This document shows positions 19,746 through 29,896 of a DNA stretch of 64,000 bases, piece by piece. Within the stretch, counting starts at the first letter, position 1, and the number at the start of each line of letters is the position of its first letter. The stretch spans positions 127,592 to 191,591 of the forward strand of contig CAVZOE010000007.1 in NCBI GenBank assembly GCA_963776725.1, written 5' to 3'. This stretch comes from an uncultured Candidatus Rokubacteria bacterium. Its GTDB lineage: Bacteria > Methylomirabilota > Methylomirabilia > Rokubacteriales > CSP1-6. The translations under genes were made by a program, and so were the position numbers. The notes under the pieces were generated by a model. It was given only the letters and a program-made list of their open reading frames with translations, ran no database searches and was not told the DNA's origin.

Positions 19746-21461
19746 TCAGGCCGGCAGGCGCTCGTACATGTCGTGGACGTCGGGCCCGTGGAAGCGGGCC
19801 ACGTGGTTGGTCGGGGGCAGCGACTCGGCGTAGAAGAACGCCGGTAGCTCGTCGTCCTTGGCGGTGAAGCCAGCCCGACGGTTGAACTCCCGCTCCAGTC
19901 GGAGCGTTTCCCGACCGAGCGCCGGGAAGAAGTCGGCGGTGAGGCTGGTCCCGTGCGCCGCGTTGATCGCGTCCACGATGAACTGCACGTTGGGCTCGGT
20001 CACGCTGCGGCCGAAGATGCAGAGGCCGAGCGAGTCGGTGGCCGCGATGTTCGTCTGCACGACGAGGCTCTGGGCGATCATCGTGTCGAGATCCATCTCG
20101 CGCGTCTTCAGCCGCGGCAGGTTGCCGGCGGTGTGGTCGGCGCCCTGGGCCGTGGCCATCATGGCGATGCCGGTGGCCTCGACCACGCGTGGGTCGTAGG
20201 CGCTGATCGCCTGCTTCTTGATGACTGGCACGCGCTTGACCTTGTAGTGCTCGCCCACCCGGGCCGTGCCCTGCGCCCACAGGCGCCCCTTCTCGGTGCC
20301 CTTGCCGACCTCGGCCAGGCAGTCGGCCATGAACTTGGCGTCGCCGAACGCGCCGAGGCCGGCTTCCATCAGCACGGCCAGCATGGCGCCCGTCTCGATG
20401 GTGTCCACGCCCAGGTCGTTGGCCACGTAGTTGAGCTGCGCGAGGTCGTCGGGATCGCTCAGGCCGCAGTTGGTGCCGAGCAGGCCGAGCGTCTCGTACT
20501 CCACGGGAGAGACGATCTCCTTGCCGGAGGCGTCGGCGTACAGGTTGCTGCACTGGATGATGCAGCCCGGCATGCAGGCGTGGGTCTGCTCGCCGCCCCG
20601 CGAGTTGTTGAGCTCGGTGATGTAGTCGCCACCCATCTTGAAGCGCTCGCCGGAGGAGGTGTTGGTCAGCTGGCCGGCGCTGAAGTTGCGCACGGGCAGG
20701 CCACCCATCTGGTTCTGCACGTCGGCCATGCCCATCGTGCCGATCTTCTGATAGAAGTTCGTCACGATCCCGTCGGCCTGCAGCATCTTCGCGTAGTCCT
20801 TGATCGCCGCGTTGACCTTCTTGGGCTCGTGGAACGCCGGGATCTTGTCGAGGTCGACGACGATGGCCTTGACCTTCTTGGCGCCCATCACCGCGCCCAC
20901 CCCACCACGGGCGGCCAGCCGCGACGGACGGCCGTCCTTGTCGCTGAAGGCGATGCCGGCCAGCAGGCCCTGGTACTCGCCGACCGGACCACACAGGGCG
21001 ACGGTGACCTTCTTGCCGTACTTCGCGTGCAGCATCTGGTCGGCCGCGAAGTTGCCCTTGCCGAGATACGGGGTGGCGTCGTCGAACGCGACGGAGCCGT
21101 CCTTCTTGAAGTGGATCACGATCCAGCTCGGCGAGGCGCCGTGCAGCGTGAAGCCCGCGATCGACTGCTGACCGAGGCCGTAGGAGAAGGAGCCGCCGCC
21201 GTTGGCTTCCTTGATCCCGCCGGTGAGCGGGCTACGGCAGCCGACGCTCGTCCGGTTGGCATTGGAGAAGCTCGAGCCCGCGAAGGGCCCGGCCGAGAAG
21301 ATGAGCGGATTCTGAGGCGACAGCGGATCGACGGTCGCCGCGCCGAGCTCCAGCAGCGTCCGCGCGATCAGGTTGCGTCCGGCCTTGACGATGTCGTCGC
21401 CGTGCAGCTCCCGCGTGGTGATCGTGTGGTCGGCCAGCTGGATATCGTGGTACTTGCGCAT
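19746..21461 (-). CDS. Aldehyde:ferredoxin oxidoreductase (tungsten-containing AOR family).
   Basis: The 571-aa translation from MRKYHDIQLADHTITTRELHGDD... shows AOR-family similarity across its length. ATG at 21461-21459 with GAGGAG RBS. Confidence 0.8.
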   Translation of the reverse strand: MRKYHDIQLADHTITTRELHGDDIVKAGRNLIARTLLELGAATVDPLSPQNPLIFSAGPFAGSSFSNANRTSVGCRSPLTGGIKEANGGGSFSYGLGQQSIAGFTLHGASPSWIVIHFKKDGSVAFDDATPYLGKGNFAADQMLHAKYGKKVTVALCGPVGEYQGLLAGIAFSDKDGRPSRLAARGGVGAVMGAKKVKAIVVDLDKIPAFHEPKKVNAAIKDYAKMLQADGIVTNFYQKIGTMGMADVQNQMGGLPVRNFSAGQLTNTSSGERFKMGGDYITELNNSRGGEQTHACMPGCIIQCSNLYADASGKEIVSPVEYETLGLLGTNCGLSDPDDLAQLNYVANDLGVDTIETGAMLAVLMEAGLGAFGDAKFMADCLAEVGKGTEKGRLWAQGTARVGEHYKVKRVPVIKKQAISAYDPRVVEATGIAMMATAQGADHTAGNLPRLKTREMDLDTMIAQSLVVQTNIAATDSLGLCIFGRSVTEPNVQFIVDAINAAHGTSLTADFFPALGRETLRLEREFNRRAGFTAKDDELPAFFYAESLPPTNHVARFHGPDVHDMYERLPA

Positions 21462-21675
21462 GAGTCGCTCCTCGTCGATCCAAGTGAAATGGCCCGAAGG
21501 CGACCACAGTTTATCAGCCGCCGTGAGGGGCTGGCTGGATCTTCGGGACCAAGGAGCGATCCTCTCTTTCGGAGGCTGCGTCGAACCCATCGGGCACGGC
21601 GTCATAGGCCGAGCTATCGCCCCGCGCCGGGGGCTCGAAGGCACTTAGTGCCTGCGAGTGCTCCGACGTCGATGT

Positions 21676-21731
21676 CTGATCTGGCCTCTCAATCAGCGGG
21701 TCCAAAGTTCGAGTCCTGACGGCCCACCGAC
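21676..21731 (+). repeat. Degenerate partial copy of the tRNA-Lys 3' half (pseudo-tRNA, att-like direct repeat).
   Basis: AATCAGCGGGTCCAAAGTTCGAGTCC-TGACGGCCCACC closely matches 18696-18734. The T-stem is disrupted and there is an insertion in the anticodon arm. The similarity extends into the downstream hairpin. Confidence 0.6.
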
Positions 21732-21806
21732 ACGATCACGGGCGCTTCCAGAGCACCGGAAGCGCCCGCTGATTTTCGGTCACCGGTACCACGCTCACGT
21801 GCACCG

Positions 21807-22764
21807 CTATCTGCTCGACGCTGATGGGAGCTTCAACAGCCGCACGGCGTTGCCGTGGGCGAGCTTCGCCGCGGTTGCCGGCGACAGCTGCGCGAGGATG
21901 CCGCGCCAGTATCCGATCTCCTCGGCGTAGGCCGCCATGGTCGCCGGGTCCACGTCCGTACCGATGACGAACCGGTCGGGGAAGTCTTCGAGCAACGCTT
22001 TCCACGCGGGCTTCAGGACCCGGTCGTCGTCGATCGGGTCACCACGGTAGATACGCCGGATGCTCTCCCGCCCGGACAGCTCGCAGAAGAGATTCGGATG
22101 GGCCTGCAGCAGCCGCCGCAACAGCGGCGGATGTGCGACGGGCAGCCAGCCCGTGTGCGCCCAGATCCAGGTTCCGGCGCGGTCGGAGGCGAGCAATCGT
22201 TCCATCTGTTCCAGGGAATCGGGCGTCGCGTCGAGATGCACGCTGAGAGGGACGTCGTACTTGGCCGAGAGCGTCCACAGCCGCCGCATCAATGGCGAAT
22301 CGGCCGGATACTTCGCGGCCTTGTCCGAACGGCTGTAGGTGCTGTTCGCCACGAGCTCGCCGATGCCCTGGTATCGCTTGTCGCGCACCGCGGTCTCGAG
22401 CTGGGCGAGATAGTCGGTGGCCGCGGCACTCTGGAGTGTCCAGGCGCGCTCGCCTTCGCGACTGATGAGTTGACGAATCGGCTCATTTCCACCGAACGGA
22501 ATGAAGCGGCTCGGATTCTGCTGCGAGAACTTCAGGGCGAGCGCGTCGGAATCTCGCGCGCCGTTGCCCGCCGCCGCCACCCCGAGCTCATCGAAGAGTT
22601 TCGCGAGAGCGTGGAGGTCCCACGTCGGCGCCGGATGGAAATGGACGTCGATGATCGGAAGCGCTTGCTGCTTCGAGCTGGGCTCGTCCGCCGAGCCCGA
22701 ACCCCGCGATCGAGAGCACACAGGCGAGGACGAAACCGACATCGAACCGACGAAACGCCGTCAT
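21807..22764 (-). pseudogene. Amidohydrolase-2 family metal-dependent hydrolase with signal peptide. One apparent frameshift near 22660-22690.
   Basis: Signal peptide MTAFRRFDVGFVLACVLSIAGFGLGG in one frame (ATG 22764, GAGGAGGAAGG RBS). The catalytic core PIIDVHFHP... follows in another frame. Confidence 0.65.
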
Positions 22765-22923
22765 AGACCTTCCTCCTCGATCGATCAGGGAATCCCTTTA
22801 CACGCCTTTCATACGCTGCCTCCGTGCTGTATCCGTGCATGGCAGCGTGAAAAATCGCGTGAAAACGCCGGCGACACCCGGGAACGGCCGTGCTATGGTC
22901 CTTCGAGAACGTCGGGAGGATCC

Positions 22924-25900
22924 ATGGCGCGCCTCCATTTGGCTCTCCTCGGTCCTTTTCAAGCCCAGGTCGAGGCCGAAACGCGGATCGCGTTACCCAC
23001 GCGGAAGTCGCAGGCGCTTCTCGCCTATCTCGCCCTTCCGCCCGGACGCGCCCACGGGCGTGACAAGCTCGCCTCCTTGCTGTGGGCTGATATGGCCGAC
23101 CGTGAGGCGCGCGGGGGCCTACGCCAGGCGCTGTCGGCGCTTCGGAGACTCAGTACCGGGCCGACCGTGCTCGTGCTCGATGGCGACGGCGTCGCGCTGG
23201 ACCCGGCGTCGGTCGAGGTCGACGTCCTCGAGTTCGAGCGGCAGTGGCTGAGGCCACGCCGGATGCGCTCGCTCGCGCCCTGACTCTCTACCGCGGCGAT
23301 CTGCTCGAAAACCTGGCGCTTCGGGAAGCGCCGTTCGAGGAATGGCTTCTGGCGGAGCGTGAGCGCCTGCGCCAGCTGGCGCTCGACGCGTTCGCGAAAC
23401 TGCTGCGTCATCAGCGGACTGCCGGCGCGCTGGACGACGCGGTGGCGACCGCGCTTCGACTTCTCGCGCTCGATCCGTTGCAAGAGCCGGTGCACCGTGT
23501 GCTCATGCGACTCCACGTCGACGCGTGGCCGACGGGCCGCCGCGCTGCGCCAGTACCAGCTCTGTATCAGCGCCCTCGCGCGCGAGTTGCACGTCGAACC
23601 GGAACGGGCGACGAAGCAGCTCTACCAGGAGATCCTCCGTCAACGGAGACGCACCGCTGACGACGGACGTCGAGACGCCCGAACCGGACGAAAGCGTCTC
23701 TGCATCATCACGCGTCCATGACGACGTGCTGCCGCGGGACGTTCCGTTCGTGGGCCGCGACGCAGAGATGCTGCGCGTGCGGGAGACATTGGACCATGAG
23801 TGGACCGACGGAGTGCGGGTCGTCGCAGTGATCGGTGAGGCCGGGGTCGGCAAGAGCCGACTCGTTGCCGAGATTGCCGCGGAAGCTTCGGCGCGTCACG
23901 GCCGTGTGCTGGTGGGCCGCTGTCACGAAGCCGAGCAAATCTTACCTCTCGGGCCGTGGGTCGACGCACTCCGCGCCGCGAACCTGCATCCAGTGGATGA
24001 TGCCTTCACCAGACTCGCACCGCTCTACCGCTCCGCTCTCCGCCGGCTCCTTCCCGAGCTCAGCAGGTCGGAGCACGAGCTCGAAGTCGGGCCCGTAGAC
24101 GATCGTCAGCTCTTCGAGAGCGTCGCCCAGGTCATCCAGAGCCTCGCCGTGAGTCAGCGGTTGATGCTCGTGCTCGAAGACGTCCACTGGGCGGACGAGA
24201 TGAGTCTGCGGTTGCTGTCCTATGTGGGCCGCCGGCTGCAAGGCGCCACGATCGTCGTTGTGTGCACGGCGCGTGCGGAGGATCTCGCGGACGCGACCGC
24301 GCTTCGTCGGGTGCTCCACGACCTCGGTCAGCGGCTCATTCGGCTGCCTCTCATGCCGCTGTCCAGACCGGACACGCTGAAGCTGGCCCGAATGCTGGTG
24401 CCGGACTCGGCGAAGACGGAAGTCGTTGGCGATCTCTTCGATCGGATCTGGACCGCCAGCGAAGGGAACCCTCTGGTCGTGGTCGAGACACTGCGCACGT
24501 TATCCGAGCAGGCCGTGCTCGCGCCGCTGGCCTCGGTCACGCTGCCACACCGTGTTCGCGAGGCGATTGGCCGCCACCTCGAGTCGTTGAGCGATCGCGC
24601 CCGCGAGATCGCCTCGGTGGCCGCCGTCATCGGCCACGAGTTCGAGTTTTCACTGCTCCCGCGCGCGGCCGGGCTGGACGAGAAGGAGACCGCCGAGGCG
24701 GTCGAGGAGCTCGTGCGCCGTCGCGTTCTCGCAAGCGTCGGCGAGAAATTCGGCTTCACTCATGATCGGATCCGTGAGGTGGCGTACGAAAGTATTCTCC
24801 CCGAGCGGCGGCAGGCGCTGCACGCGCGGATCGCCGCGGCGATCGCCGATCTCTACGCGAACCGGCTGGCTGACTGCATCGAGCGCCTCGCGCATCATGC
24901 CGTGCGCGGAGGGCTTCGCGACCAGGCCATCGCGTACCTGCGCCAGGCCGGCTCGAAGGCCTTGTCGCACTCCGCCCACGTCGAGGCGGTCGCCAACTTC
25001 ACGACGGCGCTCGACCTGATCGGGACGTTGCCGGCCAGCACGGATCGCGACCGCGACGAGCTCGGGGTCCGCCTCGCCCTCGGTCCCGCGCTCCAGGTGA
25101 CGCGAGGCCACGCGGCGCCCGAGGTCGAAGAGAACTATCGGCGGGCCCGGGCGCTGTCGCTGCTGGTGGGCGATCTGGTCCAGCAATTTCAGACGTCGTG
25201 GGGGCAGTGGTTGATGGCGTCGTATCGAGCGAATGCGACGACCGCGCTCGAGCTGGGTGGAGAACTACTGGCGCTAGCCGAACGATCCGGCGACCCGGCG
25301 CTCCTCCTGGAGGGACACCATGCGCTCTGGCCCGTGCTGATCTGGAGCGGCCGGGTGAGTGCAGCGCGTCCACATCTGGAGCAAGGCATTGCCCTGTACG
25401 ACAAGACCAAGCATCGCGCGCATGCCTTCGTGTATGGCGGACACGACCCGGGCGTGTGTGCTTTGAAGTGCGCCAGCTGGGCGTTCTGGCTTCTGGGCTA
25501 TCCGGAGCGAGGTCTGGAGTACAGCGCGGAGTCGTTGAGCCTTGCCGCCGATCTTGTTCACCGCCCGAGCCTCGTGGTGGCGCTCGTCTGGGCCTGCGTC
25601 TTCCGAGATGTTCGACGAGAAGCACGAGCGATGCACGAGCACGCACGGGCCCTGATGCACGTCGCCGGTGAGCAAGGCGCGCAACAGTGGCTCGCGGCCG
25701 GAACGATCTTCGACGCTTGTGTCCGCGCTGAGCGCGGGGAAGGGCAAGCCGCCATCGCGGACATCAAACGCGGGGTCGACGTCTACCGGGCGACCGGCGC
25801 CGCGCTGTTCATGCCCTACTTCCTGTCTTTGTGCGCGCGTGCCGAGCGCAGCAGCGGCCGGTACGACATGGCACTGGAGACCGTCGGGGAGGCCTTGCGA

Positions 25901-26221
25901 ATGGCGCGCGAGACCGGCGAGCTCGTGTGGGAGCCAGAGCTGCTCCGCCTTGAAGGCGAAATCCGCCTGGTCGATGAGCCGCGTGATGTTAGCCGAGCGC
26001 TCGGATGCTTTGATCGAGCGATCGAGATCGCCCGCCGCGAGGAATCGCGGTCCTGGGAACTTCGCGCCGCCGTGAATCTCGCCCGCGTGCTTGCCGCGAA
26101 CGGCGAGCGGGATGACGCACGCCGCAGGCTGGCCGATGCGTATGGTGGATTCACGGAAGGCTTCGACACCGCCGATCTCTGCGAAGCGCAGGGCTTGCTG
26201 ACGGAGCTGGCCACCCGCTGA
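22924..26221 (+). pseudogene. Large STAND-type transcriptional regulator (AfsR/SARP-like): OmpR-type winged helix, BTAD, NB-ARC/AAA ATPase, TPR. About three apparent frameshifts.
   Basis: N-terminus MARLHLALLGPFQAQVEAETRIALPTRKSQALLAYLAL is in one frame. BTAD region (LYRGDLLENLALREAPFEEWLLAERERLRQ) lies in a second. Walker A GEAGVGKSRL and hhhhDD (LVLEDVHWAD) then a long TPR-like tail sit in a third frame, reaching the stop at 26221. Confidence 0.7.
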
Positions 26222-26330
26222 AACCAGGGTCTTGGCCGCTCGTCGTCGCGGCGATCGGCGCAGGAGTGCAATCTGTGGTCGGCGCCGGCGGTCGCTTGAC
26301 CCGAGATCCATACTTCGATAGACTTCGAAA

Positions 26331-26640
26331 TATGAAAGCGATGGCTCCGCTCCCGCTCGCCCGGCTGGCCGCCACGGAGGATCACGTCGAGGCCTTCAAG
26401 GCTCTGGCCCATCTGTCGCGGCTCCAGATCTTCTTCATGCTCGTTCGGGCCAAGACCGAGATGTCGGTGGGCGAGATCCAGGCCGAGGTCGAGATCCCCG
26501 GGCCGACGCTCTCGCACCACCTCGACGCACTCCGGCGGGCCGGGCTGCTCGAGAGTCGCAAGGAAGAGCGGTACATCTACTATTCGGTGAAGCGGGAGAC
26601 GGTGTCGACGCTGACGCGTCTGCTCACTGCCTGCTGCTAG
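26331..26640 (+). CDS. ArsR/SmtB-family metalloregulatory transcription factor.
   Basis: HTH region LAHLSRLQIFFML...MSVGEIQAEVEIPGPTLSHHLDALRRAGLL. Confidence 0.75.
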
Positions 26641-26651
26641 AGGAGGGTTCC

Positions 26652-27107
26652 ATGGGCGCGAAGGTTCATCTGCACATGCACGTATCGGATCTCGCCAAGA
26701 GCCGGGAGTTCTACGAAAAGTTTCTCGGCGGTGATCCGGTCAAGGTGAAGCAGGGGTACGTGAAGTTTCTGCCGGCGTGGGCGCCGGTCAATCTTGCCCT
26801 GTCGACGGGGGGCCCCATCGGCACGGGGACGATCGACCATGTCGGTGTCCAGGTTGACTCGGTGCAGACCGTCATGGCGGAGCTGACCCGGATCAAGGAT
26901 GCCGGCCTGGCGGTGGTCGAAGAGATGGGAGTCAACTGCTGCCACGCCAACCAGGACAAGTTCTGGGTGAAGGATCCCGACGGAGTCGAGTGGGAGGTGT
27001 ACCACCTCAACTACGACCTCGAAGGGGACGAGGCCGAAGCGGAGAGCCGGCCGAGCCTGGCCGTGATCGGGGCAACCGCGTGTTGCGGCGGTTCTAGCTG
27101 CGCCTGA
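26652..27107 (+). CDS. VOC (glyoxalase/bleomycin-resistance) family protein of CadI/ArsI type, with a vicinal Cys pair and a Cys-rich C-terminus.
   Basis: VOC fold with candidate H/H/E metal triad (HLHMHV, IDHVGVQV, GVEWEVYH). NCC motif and C-terminal ATACCGGSSCA. ATG 26652 with GAGGAGGG RBS. Confidence 0.65.
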   Translation: MGAKVHLHMHVSDLAKSREFYEKFLGGDPVKVKQGYVKFLPAWAPVNLALSTGGPIGTGTIDHVGVQVDSVQTVMAELTRIKDAGLAVVEEMGVNCCHANQDKFWVKDPDGVEWEVYHLNYDLEGDEAEAESRPSLAVIGATACCGGSSCA

Positions 27108-27124
27108 CGCATTCGGGACTCTGG

Positions 27125-27153
27125 GCGGCGCAGGTGATGGGCCTGCGCCGCCA
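27125..27153 (+). terminator. Rho-independent terminator-like hairpin downstream of the VOC gene.
   Basis: GGCGGCGCAGG-tgatggg-CCTGCGCCGCC. Confidence 0.45.
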
Positions 27154-27274
27154 CTCCTCCCCTCCGGCCGCGGCCTGCGACGGTGTACCAGAAAACGGCC
27201 TTTACCTGGTTTACCTGCCGAGTTCATGATGGCGGCTGCCTTACCAGGGCGACCTACGGAGAGGGAGAGATAGC

Positions 27275-28372
27275 GTGATGACGAAAAGGCTGGGTGTACT
27301 GGTGGCGGCGTGGTGCTGGCGCTGGCTGTGTATTGCACCAGGCGCCTTCGGCGCCGCGCCCATCGAGGGCCCGTTGAAGGTGGCGTTCGTCTACGTCGGG
27401 CCCATCGGGGACGCCGGCTGGACCTATTCGCACGACGTGGGGCGCAAGGCGCTGATGGAGAAGTACGGAGACAAGGTGCAGACGACGTTCGTGGAAAGCG
27501 TGCCGGAAGGTCCGGAGAGCGAGCGCGTCTTCAGCGATCTGGCCCGGCGTGGCAACCAGCTGATCTTCGGAACCAGCTTCGGCTACATGGATCAGATGGT
27601 GGAGGTCGCCAAGAAGTACCCGAACACCATCTTCATGAACGCCACCGGCTTCAAGACCGGGCCGAATCTGGGCACCTACATGATCATGGCCGACCAGGCC
27701 CGCTACCTCGAAGGCATGGCCGCCGGCGCCGCCAGCAAGAACGGCAAGCTTGGCTTCGTCGCGGCGTTCCCGATTCCGGAAGTCCTGCGCCACATCAACA
27801 GCTACACGCTGGGAGTGCGCTCGATGAATCCCGGCGCCACCGTGCGCGTGGTGTGGACCTCCACGTGGTTCGATCCAAACGTCGAGCGACAGGCGGCGGA
27901 GAGCCTGGTCGCGACCGGTGTCGATGTGCTGAGTCAGTACCAGGACAGTCCGTCCACCGGGCAGGTGGCGGGCAAGGCCGGGATCAAGTGGACGGGCTTC
28001 AACGCCGACATGTCGCGCTTCGCTCCGAAGGCGTGGCTCACGGGGACGACCTGGAACTGGGGCACCATCTACCTGAAGGTGGCGCAGGCGGTGATCGACG
28101 GCACCTGGACGCCGGAGCCCATCTACGGAACCATGGCCGAGAACACCATGGCGCTCGCGCCCTTCGGGGAATCGGTGCCAGCGGACGTGCGTAACAAGAT
28201 CAAGGCGAAGGAGAAGGAGATCACGGCCGGGACGTTCAAGCCGTTCACCGGCCCCATCAAGGACCAGAACGGGAAGACGGTCATCCCGGCGGGGAAGACG
28301 GCGACGCTGAAGGAGCTGCTGGACACCAACTACTTCGTCGAGGGCGTCCTGGGGCAGATTCCCACGAAGTGA
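27275..28372 (+). CDS. BMP-family (PnrA/Med-like) ABC transporter substrate-binding protein, nucleoside-binding type, with signal peptide.
   Basis: Signal peptide plus a BMP/basic membrane lipoprotein fold (KVAFVYVGPIGDAGWTYSHDVG...). Confidence 0.8.
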   Translation: MMTKRLGVLVAAWCWRWLCIAPGAFGAAPIEGPLKVAFVYVGPIGDAGWTYSHDVGRKALMEKYGDKVQTTFVESVPEGPESERVFSDLARRGNQLIFGTSFGYMDQMVEVAKKYPNTIFMNATGFKTGPNLGTYMIMADQARYLEGMAAGAASKNGKLGFVAAFPIPEVLRHINSYTLGVRSMNPGATVRVVWTSTWFDPNVERQAAESLVATGVDVLSQYQDSPSTGQVAGKAGIKWTGFNADMSRFAPKAWLTGTTWNWGTIYLKVAQAVIDGTWTPEPIYGTMAENTMALAPFGESVPADVRNKIKAKEKEITAGTFKPFTGPIKDQNGKTVIPAGKTATLKELLDTNYFVEGVLGQIPTK

Positions 28373-29896
28373 GCGCAACGGACCGCTCCGGTGTCCTCGA
28401 GGGCGGCAACCCCGCCCTCGAGGGGCATCACCTCGGCAAAGCGTTCGCCGGCGTGATCGCCAACGCCGACGTCGACTTCACCCTCCAGCGCGGGGAGATC
28501 CACGCGCTGTTGGGTGAGAACGGTGCGGGCAAGAGCACCCTCGGGGCCATCCTCACCGGTCTCTACCAGCCGGACGAGGGAACCATCCTCGTGGCCGGCC
28601 GCCCGGTCCGGCTCCGAAGTCCGCGGGATGGTCTGGCGCATCGGCTCGGCATGGTCCACCAGCATTTTCATCTGGTCGACAGCTTCACCGTGGCCGAGAA
28701 CGTGGTGCTCGGGGATCCCCGGCAGAGCACGTTCCTCTCCCGTCATCTGCACGGCATGGTGGCGTCACTGGGCGAGCGGTACAAGCTCACGGTCGATCCA
28801 CGGGCTCGCGTCGCCGATCTCTCGCTGGGCGAGCGGCAGCGGGTGGAGATCGTGAAGATGCTCTATCGCAACGTCGACGTCCTGTTTCTCGACGAGCCGA
28901 CCGCGGTGCTGACGCCCCCGGAGGTGGAGTCGCTGTTCGGAATCCTGCGCGCCATCGCGGCGGAGGGACGCTCCGTGGTGCTCATCACGCACAAGCTCGG
29001 CGAGGTCATGGCCGTCGCGGATCGCGTCACCGTCATGCGCGACGCGCGGGTCGTCGCCAGCGTCGACACCAAAGACACCGACCCCACCTCCCTGGCGCGG
29101 CTGATGGTCGGTCGCGACGTGGATCTGGCCCCGCGGCACGGCGCGACCGAGCCGGGTCGGCGGGTGCTCGTGGCTGAAGACCTGTGCCTCGGACGGTCGC
29201 CACGAGCGGCACGTGGAGCACGTCGACCTCGTGGTACGGGCCGGCGAGATCGTCGGCGTTGCCGGGGTGGCCGGCAACGGCCAGCTACAGCTCGCGGAGA
29301 TGCTGGCCGGCATTCGACAGCCCTCGGCCGGTCGCATTCTCGTGAACGGCGTCGACATCACGGGTGCAGGGCCCCGGGCGGCCCGGGCGGCGGGCCTCGG
29401 CTACGTGCCGGAGGATCGGCTCGGGACTGGCCTCGCCCCGGGCCTCTCCATCGCCGACAATCTGCAGCTCACCGCCGAGCGACCGCTGGTGGCAGGCGGC
29501 CGCCGTGCGGAGTCGGAAGCGACCGCGATGATCGCCCGCTTCGGGGTCAAGGCGCGGGGACCGCGTGAGATTGTCCGCCGGCTCTCGGGCGGAAACGTCC
29601 AAAGGGTGCTGCTCGCGCGTGAGCTCAGTGCCGGTGCCCAGGTATTGGTCGTGGCCTCCCCCACGCGCGGCCTCGACGTCTCGGGCATCGAGTTCGTGCG
29701 CCGTCTGCTGGACGAGCACCGCCGCGCCGGCGCCGCCATCGTCCTCATCTCCGAGGATCTCGACGAGATCTTCGGACTCGCCGACCGCATCGTGGTCATG
29801 TACGCGGGGAGGCTCGTGCTGGAGACCTCCGTCGCCAGCTGTGACATGACCGAGCTGGGCCTGGCGATGGCCGGCGCTGTCGACGCGGGCCCGTGA
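28369..29896 (+). pseudogene. Two-NBD ABC transporter ATP-binding protein (nucleoside/sugar type). One apparent frameshift near 29190-29215.
   Basis: First NBD in frame 28369 (GENGAGKST, LSLGERQRVEI). Second NBD in frame 29213 (GVAGNGQ, LSGGNVQRVLLAREL). Confidence 0.75.

Noticed and set aside
19746-21644. The long N-terminal extension of the AOR ORF (61 extra codons).
   Set aside because: The conserved AOR N-terminus begins at the internal ATG, which has a good RBS. The upstream part overlaps the leader and pseudo-tRNA region.
18735-21690. Intact integrase or mobile element in the tRNA-flanked islet.
   Set aside because: No integrase, transposase or excisionase ORF is present. The region was reported only as an att-like repeat or scar, not as a mobile element.
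21514-21705. 63-aa minus-strand ORF in the AOR leader.
   Set aside because: No RBS and an acidic low-complexity translation. It more likely lies within a structured 5' UTR.
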